A DNA stretch of 64,000 bases. Source: Sphingomonas sp. (GTDB taxonomy: Bacteria; Pseudomonadota; Alphaproteobacteria; Sphingomonadales; Sphingomonadaceae). The position numbers were made by a program, and so were the translations under genes. This document shows, piece by piece, positions 48,061-56,262 of the stretch. The first letter of the stretch is position 1; each line of letters starts with the position of its first letter. The notes beneath the pieces are model-generated. The model searched no databases. It was not told the DNA's origin and saw only the letters and a list, made by a program, of their open reading frames with translations. Location of the stretch: assembly GCF_040398505.1 (NCBI RefSeq), contig NZ_JBBATX010000001.1, positions 14,363 to 78,362 of the forward strand. Direction: 5' to 3'.

Positions 48061-48827
48061 CGCAGCGTTACCCAGGTCGGCGCGTGGTCGCTCGCTTTCT
48101 CGCGCGCGCGATACTCCTTGTCGACGCCGGCATCGACCAGCCGGTCCGCCGCGATCGGCGAAAGCAACAAATGGTCGATCCGGAACCCGGCGTCACGCTG
48201 CCACGCGCCCGCCTGATAATCCCAGAAGGTCCACACCCCGCCACTCGGGTAGCGCGTACGCAGCGCATCGGTCCAGCCTTGCGCGACGAGCGCGCGGAAC
48301 CCAGCGCGGCTTTCGGGCTGCATCAGCGCATCGTCCTGCATCGCGCGCACCGAATAGGTATCGTCGTCATTGGGGATGACATTGTAATCGCCCGCCAGCA
48401 CGACCGGCGTTTCCTCGGCGAGCAGTTCGAGCGCGCGTGCGCGCAGCCGATCGATCCAGCGCAATTTATACTCGAATTTCGGCCCCGGCTGCGGATTGCC
48501 ATTGGGCAAATAGAGCGAGGCGATCGTCACCCCATTCACCTCGGCCTCGAGATAGCGGCTATGGTCGTCCTCGCTCTCGCCCACCAGCCCCCGCTGCCGC
48601 TCGACCGGATCCTGCCCCTTCGCCAACACCGCCACGCCGTTCCAGCTCTTCTGGCCGTGCCAGATCGCGCCATATCCAGCCGCGCGGATGTCCGCCTCGG
48701 GAAAGGTCTCGTCGCTGGTCTTGAGTTCCTGCAGGCACACGACATCGGGCTGCTGCTCAGCCAGATATTCGATCAGGCGCGGCAGCCGCGCCTTGATGCC
48801 ATTGATATTGAAGGTGACGATCTTCAC
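48057..48827 (-). CDS. xth: Exodeoxyribonuclease III
   Basis: TFNINGI, CLQELK, YLPNG, GDYN, TFWDY, RIDH, SDHAP. Confidence 0.96.
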   Translation of the reverse strand: MKIVTFNINGIKARLPRLIEYLAEQQPDVVCLQELKTSDETFPEADIRAAGYGAIWHGQKSWNGVAVLAKGQDPVERQRGLVGESEDDHSRYLEAEVNGVTIASLYLPNGNPQPGPKFEYKLRWIDRLRARALELLAEETPVVLAGDYNVIPNDDDTYSVRAMQDDALMQPESRAGFRALVAQGWTDALRTRYPSGGVWTFWDYQAGAWQRDAGFRIDHLLLSPIAADRLVDAGVDKEYRAREKASDHAPTWVTLR

Positions 48828-48854
48828 GTGGGCGATCCCTTGTTCAGGGTCGGT

Positions 48855-49193
48855 TTACACCGCGAAGCTGGAACCGCAACCGCACCCCGAGGCGGCATTG
48901 GGGTTGGTCACCTTGAACGCCGCGCCGCCGAGTTCCTCGACATAGTCGACCGCCGAGCCGCGGACGAGATCAAGGCTGATCGAATCGACCACCAACCGTA
49001 CCCCGTCTTGCTCGGCCACGGCATCGTCCTGATCGACGCTATCGGCAAAACCGAACTTATACTGAAAACCCGAACAACCGCCGCCATCGACTGACAGTCG
49101 CAAAATCGCCGGCTTGCCCTGCTTCGACGCGATCGCGGCAACACGCGCTGCGGCAGAGGGGGTCAGCGCGATTTGGGGAGCGAGTGTTGCCAT
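48855..49193 (-). CDS. erpA: Fe-S cluster insertion protein ErpA (HesB family)
   Basis: GGGCSGFQY, NPNAASGCGCGSSF. Confidence 0.93.
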   Translation of the reverse strand: MATLAPQIALTPSAAARVAAIASKQGKPAILRLSVDGGGCSGFQYKFGFADSVDQDDAVAEQDGVRLVVDSISLDLVRGSAVDYVEELGGAAFKVTNPNAASGCGCGSSFAV

Positions 49194-49200
49194 CCTGCCA

Positions 49201-49228
49201 AGATAGGAGGTTACGGCCGTGTCGGCAA
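49201..49228 (-). promoter_or_regulatory. RpoH-type promoter for erpA-xth, leaderless
   Basis: Minus strand TTGCC-N16-CCTATCT, 7 nt before the ATG, no Shine-Dalgarno. Confidence 0.55.
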
Positions 49229-49239
49229 TGCGCGTCCGA

Positions 49240-50430
49240 TCAATCCGCCGCCGGACCACCCACGCCCACCGGCATGACCCGGACCGCCTTGTCCTGCGCC
49301 GCCAGCAAATAATCAGCGGTTTGCAGGAACGGCACCGGGTTCACCGCATGCCCATCGAGCCGCACTTCGTAATGCAGATGTGGCCCGGTCGAGCGCCCGG
49401 TCGACCCCATCAACGCGATCAGCTGGCCACGGTGGACGCGCGTGCCGGCCTCGACGAGGATTTTGGAGAGATGACCGTAGCGGGTCTGAATGCCCTTGCC
49501 ATGATCGAGCTCGACCATGTTGCCATAACCGCCCGAACGCTCTGCGCGATTGACCATGCCATCGGCGGTTGCATAGACTGGTGTGCCAACCGGCCCGGGA
49601 ATATCGACCCCGGCATGCATCGCCGCGGTGCCACGGAACGGGTCGGAGCGGATGCCGTAATTGCTGGTATAGGCCATATGATCGACCGGCTGCGCCGAGG
49701 GAATCGCGATCACGCCCTGTTCGAGCGTGTCGAGCTTCTTCCACGTCATGAACAGCGAGCGGAATTGTGTATCGGCGCGCAGATCGGCCTCGGCCGCGGC
49801 GCTATCGACTGCTTCGAACGGGCCGCCCATCGCGGGGCGCTGCGGCATGAGACGTTCCGGCGCGATGCCCAGACTGCGAACATGCGCGAGCGCGCGAGCA
49901 AACCGTTGATCGGCGACACGGCGCGCTTGCCCGATGACGGCGACTTGCTGCTGCTCGACCCGCTTGAGCGGCGCGACCACATCGGCCGCGAGCGCGTCGG
50001 ATTTTGGATCGATGTTCGGGGTCGGTCGCGACAGCAACGCGACATCGGCCTTGCCCGAGACGACCGCCACCAGCAGCGCCTGACGCTGTTCGACGCGCGT
50101 GGCACGAACCTGCGCGGCATGCTTGATCGTTGCGACATCGGCCTGCATCTTGGTGACGCGCACCTGCAGTTGCGCGACCTTGGCTTCGGGCGAGAGCGGT
50201 GCATCGACAATTCCGCTCAGCGCGACCGCGCCGACCGCTGCCTGGGCGACACCATATGCCGAAAAGCACAGGGTAATGCTGGCAACGCCCGCCATGACCG
50301 CTTGCGAGCGCGCACCGAGGCTGAAACGCTGGAGATCACGCCCGTCGTGAAAGATGAAATCGCGGGTCTTGAAATAGGTCTTGAGCCGCGACACCAGTCG
50401 CACACCCGACGCAATCGAAAGTGAGTTCAT
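49240..50430 (-). CDS. M23 family metallopeptidase
   Basis: HAGVD, GYGN, TRYGHLS, GSTGRSTGPHLHYEV; N-terminal TM segment and coiled coil. Confidence 0.93.
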   Translation of the reverse strand: MNSLSIASGVRLVSRLKTYFKTRDFIFHDGRDLQRFSLGARSQAVMAGVASITLCFSAYGVAQAAVGAVALSGIVDAPLSPEAKVAQLQVRVTKMQADVATIKHAAQVRATRVEQRQALLVAVVSGKADVALLSRPTPNIDPKSDALAADVVAPLKRVEQQQVAVIGQARRVADQRFARALAHVRSLGIAPERLMPQRPAMGGPFEAVDSAAAEADLRADTQFRSLFMTWKKLDTLEQGVIAIPSAQPVDHMAYTSNYGIRSDPFRGTAAMHAGVDIPGPVGTPVYATADGMVNRAERSGGYGNMVELDHGKGIQTRYGHLSKILVEAGTRVHRGQLIALMGSTGRSTGPHLHYEVRLDGHAVNPVPFLQTADYLLAAQDKAVRVMPVGVGGPAAD

Positions 50431-50663
50431 GTGACCCCGGCGACCTTTATGCGATTGCCGGATAATGCCAGCGCCCGCCCCTCTATCGCCCGCATGCAGC
50501 CCCCTGCATCCGGACGAACAGTGTGTGCGGGATATTGTAACGGGCGGGCAAGCCCTTGTGCGGCGCGGCGCGTTGAAGCGGCTGATCGGCACGGCGAGTC
50601 GTTGAACGGCGCATTAACCGCTGCGCTGATTCGGAAAATTCCTCGGAAACGGACCCGTTTCGC

Positions 50664-51134
50664 TCAAGCGAGCGCGCGCACCGCCTCCAGCACATCAACC
50701 ACATGACCCGGCACGCGCGCCTTGCGCCAGCTCCGCACCAGAACCCCGTTTGCATCGAACAGGAAGGTCGCGCGGTCGATCCCCATATAGGTTTTTCCGT
50801 AAAGCTTCTTTTCGACCCACACACCGAACGCCTGCATCGCCGCATCGGTGTCGTCGGTGGCAAGCGGTACGGTCAGATCATATTTGTCGATGAATTTCTG
50901 ATGCTTGATCGGCGTGTCGCGCGATACGCCCAGCACATCGGCCCCGAGTGCGCGAAATTCGGGCAATAAGCGGCTGAAATCCTGGGCTTCGCGCGTACAG
51001 CCCGAGGTGTCATCCTTGGGATAGAAATACAGCACGAATGGCTTGCCGGCATAATCGCCGAGGCTGATCCGCCCGCCGTCGGGCGTGGCGAGGTCGATCG
51101 CGGGCAACGCTGCACCTTCGTCGATGATCTTCAT
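50664..51134 (-). CDS. bcp: Peroxiredoxin Bcp
   Basis: LYFYPKDDTSGCTREA; ATGA overlap with glnE. Confidence 0.93.
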   Translation of the reverse strand: MKIIDEGAALPAIDLATPDGGRISLGDYAGKPFVLYFYPKDDTSGCTREAQDFSRLLPEFRALGADVLGVSRDTPIKHQKFIDKYDLTVPLATDDTDAAMQAFGVWVEKKLYGKTYMGIDRATFLFDANGVLVRSWRKARVPGHVVDVLEAVRALA

Positions 51135-53809
51135 GCCGCGATCCCTTCTACCAGTGCCAGCCACCGCGAAACGTCCTGCCGAATCGCATCGAGCGACGCA
51201 ACCACTGTCGGCCAATCGGCCATGCCGAGCGCGCGCGCGATCAAATCCTGCGTCGCGACACCGGGCACATGGGCATCGGGCGCAACCAGTCGCAGCGTGA
51301 CAAGCAGCCGCGCGAGCAAGTCATACGCGCCCGCCAGCTCCGGCGGCGCCTTCCCGGCGGCGATCAACGCCGCGATCGCGACGCGCAAATTGGGATCGAG
51401 CCCCTGCCCATTTTCGAGCTGGACCATGTGGACCGCGAATTCGAGATCGACCAAGCCGCCCGGCAGCAATTTCGCATCGAGCGGACCAACCGGCGGCTTG
51501 TGCACCGCCATCTCCGCCCGCATCGCGGTCGCCTCGGCGATTATATCGCGCGTCGGTCGGTCGCCCCGCAGCACGGCGTCGATCACCGCCGCAACCGCCC
51601 TCCGCGCCTCCGCCGACCCATAAACCGGCCGCCCCCGCGCCAGCGCCATATGCTCCCACGTCCAAGCGCTTTCGCGCTGATAGCGCGCGAACCCGTCGAG
51701 CGAGACGCATAGCGGCCCCTGCGTACCCGACGGCCGCAAACGCGTGTCGATTTCGTAGAGCGGTCCCGATGCAGTCGGTACCGACAGCGCCGCGCTGATC
51801 CGCTGCGCCAGCCGGTTATAATAGAGCACCGCGCCGAGCGGCTTGCGCCCGTCGGACTCCGCCCCATAATCGCCGGTGAACAGATAGATCAGATCGAGGT
51901 CGGAGGCGTGGGTCAGCGCGCCACCGCCCATCCGACCGAGCGCGAGGATGATCAGTTCGCTGTCCGGCACCCGGCCATGCGCGGCGGCGAATTCGGCGAT
52001 CGTCGCCTCGGCCAGCACCCAAATCGCCGCTTCCGCGACGCGCGCATAGCCGGCCGACACGTCGAGCGGATCGGCCGCGCCGGCGATGATTTGCGTGCCG
52101 AGCGCAAACCGCTTCTCGCCCACCACGCGGCGGACATAATCGAGTTGCGCCTGATAATCCGCGCGGCTGGTCATCTCGGCCGCAAGCGCCCCGACATCGC
52201 CGACCGGATCGAGCGCGGTCGCATCGATCAGCCCGTCGAACAGTTCGGGCCGCCGCGCCAGATCCTCGGCAAGCGTCTCCGCGTGGCTCAGGATTAGCCC
52301 GAGCAAGCGTCCGAGCGCCGGGCGCGCTTCGATCAGGCGGAAGAAATTGACCGCACTCGACAGCCGCGCGAGCATCCGGTCGAGCCGAACGATCGCCCCT
52401 TGCGGATCGGGGGAGCTGCCGAGCGCGGCAATCAGGCCCGGCAGCACCGCCTCCAGCGCTGCGCGCGCGGCGGCACTGCGCAGCGCCGGATAGGCCCCGC
52501 CGCGCCACTGCGCGATCCGCTGCGCCGCAACCTCGGTTGCATCGAACCCGGCTGCGGCCAGTTGCCCCGCAAGGTGATCGGCATCGAACGACAGCGCATC
52601 GCCCTCGTCCGGGTCGAGCGCGTCATAGCTGCGTGCGGTCGCCACGACATGCGGGCGCAGCAGATCGAGCAATGCAGCGCCATCCGCCACGCCGTGGAGC
52701 TGTGCAACGGCATCGAGCGCAGCGCCGCTTGGCAGGGTATGTGTCTGGCGATCCTCGATCATCTGCACGCGGTGCTCGATCGTGCGGTACAGCGTGTACG
52801 CGGCGCGCAACGCCGCCGCCTCTTGTGGATCGACCCAGCCCGCCGCCGACAGCGCGGCCAGCGCGTTGCGCGTATCGGGTACACGCAGCGCCGGATCGCG
52901 GCCGCCATGGATCAATTGGTGGATTTGCGTGAAAAACTCGACTTCCCGGATCCCGCCGCGCCCGCGTTTGAGGTCGAAACCGGGACCGAACGCCTGCCCT
53001 TGCAAATAATGATCGCGGATCCGCCGCGAAATGCCGCGAATTTCGCCGATCGCGCCGAAATCGAGCGCGCGGCGCCATACGAACGGTGCCACCGCCGCCA
53101 GGAAGCTTTCGCCGAGCGCCACATCCCCCGCTGCCGCGCGCGCGCGAATGAAGGCGGCACGCTCCCACGGCAAAGCCAGCGATTCATAATAAGAGATCGC
53201 TGCATCGACCGACAGCGCAATCGGCGTGACTTCGGGCGAGGGGCGCAAGCGCAGATCGACGCGCAGCACATAGCCATCACCATCGCGGGCCTGCAGGATC
53301 TCGACGACGCGCCGGGCGATCCGCACCGCCGCGTCTTCGGGCGCTTCGCGCGGGCGGCATGGGAGGGTGGCGGGGTCGAACAGCAGGATCGGGTCGATAT
53401 CGGAGGAATAATTGAGCTCGCGGCTGCCTTGCTTGCCCAGCGCGATCGCGGTGAACCCGCGCGGCTCCGCGCCCGGCGTCCGCTCCGCGATCGCCGTGCG
53501 GATCGCGGTGTCGAGCGCATGGTCGGCGAAATCCGACAGGGCGTGCGTAACGGTGGTCAGATTGTCGCGCCCAGCCAGATCGCCGATCGCGACGCGCAGC
53601 GCGAGCCGCCGCCGGGCAAGCCGCAGGCGTTGCGGCGCGGGGGCATCGGGCTCCCCCGAGACCAGCGCGGAAAGTGCGGGCAGTACGCCGGCCGCAAAGT
53701 CCGCCGCCAGCGCGGGTTCGCGATCGAGCAACAGCGCCAGAAAGGGGGAATAGCGTCGCGCGCGCACCGCAGCGTCGGCAACATCCTGATCGTAAGCCGT
53801 GTTTTTCAC
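51131..53809 (-). CDS. glnE: Bifunctional glutamine synthetase adenylyltransferase/deadenylase
   Basis: Two nucleotidyltransferase domains: GKQGSRELNYSSDID..RVDLRLRP and GRMGG..SDLDL..EIDTRLRPSG; KRGRGGIREVEF. Confidence 0.95.
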   Translation of the reverse strand: MKNTAYDQDVADAAVRARRYSPFLALLLDREPALAADFAAGVLPALSALVSGEPDAPAPQRLRLARRRLALRVAIGDLAGRDNLTTVTHALSDFADHALDTAIRTAIAERTPGAEPRGFTAIALGKQGSRELNYSSDIDPILLFDPATLPCRPREAPEDAAVRIARRVVEILQARDGDGYVLRVDLRLRPSPEVTPIALSVDAAISYYESLALPWERAAFIRARAAAGDVALGESFLAAVAPFVWRRALDFGAIGEIRGISRRIRDHYLQGQAFGPGFDLKRGRGGIREVEFFTQIHQLIHGGRDPALRVPDTRNALAALSAAGWVDPQEAAALRAAYTLYRTIEHRVQMIEDRQTHTLPSGAALDAVAQLHGVADGAALLDLLRPHVVATARSYDALDPDEGDALSFDADHLAGQLAAAGFDATEVAAQRIAQWRGGAYPALRSAAARAALEAVLPGLIAALGSSPDPQGAIVRLDRMLARLSSAVNFFRLIEARPALGRLLGLILSHAETLAEDLARRPELFDGLIDATALDPVGDVGALAAEMTSRADYQAQLDYVRRVVGEKRFALGTQIIAGAADPLDVSAGYARVAEAAIWVLAEATIAEFAAAHGRVPDSELIILALGRMGGGALTHASDLDLIYLFTGDYGAESDGRKPLGAVLYYNRLAQRISAALSVPTASGPLYEIDTRLRPSGTQGPLCVSLDGFARYQRESAWTWEHMALARGRPVYGSAEARRAVAAVIDAVLRGDRPTRDIIAEATAMRAEMAVHKPPVGPLDAKLLPGGLVDLEFAVHMVQLENGQGLDPNLRVAIAALIAAGKAPPELAGAYDLLARLLVTLRLVAPDAHVPGVATQDLIARALGMADWPTVVASLDAIRQDVSRWLALVEGIAA

Positions 53810-53849
53810 AAGACGCTACGGCTTTCGGCCAATGCGGGACAATACTTAA

Positions 53850-53874
53850 GCAACAAACAGCGTCTTCGGCCGTT
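53850..53874 (+). promoter_or_regulatory. EcfG-type promoter for the NepR-like peptide
   Basis: GCAAC-N16-CGTT, 8 nt before ATG 53883. Confidence 0.65.
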
Positions 53875-53882
53875 GGGGCTTT

Positions 53883-54074
53883 ATGTCAATGCGCACCGCC
53901 CTTTTTGACCAGACTCGCCGCACCGGCGACTATGTTGTCGTGGCGCCGCAGATTGCCGATATCTTGTCGGGCACGCTACGCGCTGCCTACGCAACCGAAC
54001 TGGCTGCTTGCGAGCAATTCTCCGACCTGATTTCTCAGCTCGACGCGATCGACGCTATCCCCATCACGCGCTGA
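53883..54074 (+). CDS. Small NepR-like peptide convergent with ecfG
   Basis: LSGTLRAAYA..EQFSDLISQLD resembles the NepR core (G.ALR..Y....DLL..LD); has its own EcfG-type promoter. Confidence 0.6.
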   Translation: MSMRTALFDQTRRTGDYVVVAPQIADILSGTLRAAYATELAACEQFSDLISQLDAIDAIPITR

Positions 54075-54719
54075 TTACCCACGATTGCGGCTCAGCTCAT
54101 CGACCTCGCCCATGATCGTGTCGAGCGCCGACATGCCCGGCGCATTGCTGTGCGTCCGGCGCGAGGCAAGCGTGTTATCGCTCATCACGGCTTCCAGCGC
54201 AACACGACCGCGCGCAACGCGGCTCTTGATCGTGCCCACCGCGACACCGCAGATTTCAGCGGCCTCTTCATAGGCAAAACCACCGGCACCGACCAGGATC
54301 AGCGCCTCGCGCTGCGGCTGTGGCAACTGCAGCAGCGCGCGTTGCATGTCGCCCAATTCGACGTGCTTGTCCTGGCTGGCGGGCGCGGCCAAAATCCGGT
54401 CGGCGACCAGATCATCCCACTCGCCCTTGAAGCGCGCGCGGCGCATCTGGCTGAGATACAGATTGCGCAGGATGATGAAGGTCCAGGCACGCATGTTCGT
54501 GCCAGCCTGGAACCGCAGCCGCGCCGCCCATGCCTTCATCAGCGTTTCCTGCACCAGATCATCGGCGAGATCACGATTCCCCGATAGCGAGCGACCGAAC
54601 GCGCGCAGATGCGGGATCACTTGCGCCAATTGCGTCTTGAACTCGGGATCGGAGAGCGAAACATGCTCGACAACCTCGGGCGCAACATCGTCTTCATCGT
54701 GATCGAGTGCGTCGCTCAT
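54075..54719 (-). CDS. ecfG: ECF sigma factor EcfG (general stress response)
   Basis: IPHLRAFGRSLSG..ADDLVQET, FQAGTNMRAWTFIILRN, QREALILVGAGGFAYEEAAEICGVAVGTIKSRVARGR; close to phyR. Confidence 0.94.
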   Translation of the reverse strand: MSDALDHDEDDVAPEVVEHVSLSDPEFKTQLAQVIPHLRAFGRSLSGNRDLADDLVQETLMKAWAARLRFQAGTNMRAWTFIILRNLYLSQMRRARFKGEWDDLVADRILAAPASQDKHVELGDMQRALLQLPQPQREALILVGAGGFAYEEAAEICGVAVGTIKSRVARGRVALEAVMSDNTLASRRTHSNAPGMSALDTIMGEVDELSRNRG

Positions 54720-54798
54720 CAAATCGGGTCTCGCAAAAATGCATACGGGAAATGGGGATGGAGGACGGTCAAATCCAGCATGCCGACGATGTCAGCGT

Positions 54799-54942
54799 TC
54801 AACGTTGGAAAAAGATCAGCAATGCGGCGAAGATCACCACGACCAGCGCCAGCGAAATGCCGAGGACGTAGCGCGTCACATGCGGTGTTTCCCCGGCGCG
54901 CGCTTCCTGAGCCGTAACTTCGATGCGTTCTTCGTCCGCCAT
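54799..54942 (-). CDS. 47-aa single-TM small protein upstream of ecfG
   Basis: GGGGGA RBS; MADEERIEVTAQEARAGETPHVTRYVLGISLALVVVIFAALLIFFQR; EcfG promoter upstream. Confidence 0.8.
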   Translation of the reverse strand: MADEERIEVTAQEARAGETPHVTRYVLGISLALVVVIFAALLIFFQR

Positions 54943-54994
54943 ATATCCCCCGGGTGTAACGGTGTCGTTGTGGTTCCGTATCGTATGGAACCCC

Positions 54995-55020
54995 AACCCC
55001 CGGGGGAGCGAATGGGTTCC
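54995..55020 (-). promoter_or_regulatory. EcfG-type promoter
   Basis: Minus strand GGAAC-N17-GGTT, immediately after the phyR stop. Confidence 0.7.
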
Positions 55021-55021
55021 C

Positions 55022-55828
55022 TCAGGCGGCGGGAACGGTCGCCTGGTTGAAGAACAAGGCCTGCGCGATTGCCGCCTTGACGGTGGAGCGCTGAAACGGC
55101 TTGGTGATCAGGAAGGTCGGCTCGGGGCGCTCGCCCGTCAGCAGACGCTCGGGGAAAGCGGTGATGAAGATCACCGGCACTTCGAACTTGGCAAGGATAT
55201 CCTTGACCGCATCGATCCCCGAACTGTCATCAGCGAGTTGAATGTCGGCAAGCACCAGACCCGGACGATCCTCCATTGCCAACGCAACTGCTTCGTCGCG
55301 TGTCACTGCAACGCCGGTCACTTCATGGCCCAGGTCGCGGACGATCGTTTCAATATCCATCGCGATGATCGGCTCATCCTCGATAATCAGCACGCGGGCG
55401 CGCGTCTGCTTCTCGATCTCGGTCAACGCCTCGGCGACGAGGGCTTCGACCTCGGCGACATCGACGTCGATCAGATAGCCGGCATCCTCGGGCGTGAACC
55501 CTTCCATCGCCGTCAACAACAAGGCCTGACGCGACAGCGGCGTCATCCGCGCGAGCCGGGCACGGGCAATCGCCTCCTGCCCATCGCCGTCGGTAGCGCC
55601 CATGTTTTCCGGCGTCTCGTCATAGTTCGTCGAGTTCCAGATCACGTGGAAGGTGCGATACAGACCCAAGCGCGGATCGACGGCGCGCGGGAATTCCTCC
55701 GGTGCTGCAACGATTGCTTCGAGCGTGGCACGTACATAGCGGTCGCCATGCGTCTGGCTCCCGGTCAGGGCGCGGCCATAGCGGCGCAGGAACGGAAGAT
55801 GGGGGGCAAGTTGCTGTCCTAGCGACAT
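55022..55828 (-). CDS. phyR: Anti-anti-sigma response regulator PhyR
   Basis: Sigma-like HLPFLRRYGRALTGSQ; receiver IIEDEPIIAMD, LADIQLAD.SSG, FITAFPERLLTGERPEPTFLITKPF. Confidence 0.97.
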   Translation of the reverse strand: MSLGQQLAPHLPFLRRYGRALTGSQTHGDRYVRATLEAIVAAPEEFPRAVDPRLGLYRTFHVIWNSTNYDETPENMGATDGDGQEAIARARLARMTPLSRQALLLTAMEGFTPEDAGYLIDVDVAEVEALVAEALTEIEKQTRARVLIIEDEPIIAMDIETIVRDLGHEVTGVAVTRDEAVALAMEDRPGLVLADIQLADDSSGIDAVKDILAKFEVPVIFITAFPERLLTGERPEPTFLITKPFQRSTVKAAIAQALFFNQATVPAA

Positions 55829-55942
55829 GACTGTCGGGGTCTCCCTTGGAAATGAATTGAGGGACCTTGTGGAAGCGGCCCCCCGCTTATGCAACGCGTT
55901 TGTCGCCCGGCAACCGCTGGAACTTTATTTCGCGTCGGACAT

Positions 55943-55969
55943 GGAACAATCAAAGCGCTATTTGGTTTC
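55943..55969. promoter_or_regulatory. Overlapping bidirectional EcfG-type promoter (nepR/phyR)
   Basis: Plus strand GGAAC-N17-GTT; minus strand GAAAC-N17-GTT using the same 17-bp spacer. Confidence 0.7.
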
Positions 55970-56078
55970 ATGCCCTAATCGCGACCGGTGCAATCTCTTC
56001 GCATCCCTGCCAAGATGGCGGTTGTTACGGTGGCACATGAACTCTATCCGGCATGTCCGGGTATCCAGGGGGACGGCA

Positions 56079-56255
56079 TTGCGTTCGGGCGACGATTCTT
56101 CGAAAAAGCCGGGCACGGCACGTACCGTCGGCACCGGCACGAAGGCTCAAGGCAAGGACCGCGACATGGGCGCGGCGCTGCGCACGGTGTATCAACGCAC
56201 CGTCGAGGAAGCGATTCCACCGGAAATGCTGGACCTGCTCGGCAAGCTGGACTGA
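56079..56255 (+). CDS. nepR: Anti-sigma factor NepR
   Basis: DMGAALRTVYQRTVEEAIPPEMLDLLGKLD; TTG start after AGGGGGA (alternative ATG about 14 codons upstream). Confidence 0.93.
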   Translation: MRSGDDSSKKPGTARTVGTGTKAQGKDRDMGAALRTVYQRTVEEAIPPEMLDLLGKLD

Positions 56256-56262
56256 TCGTCGC

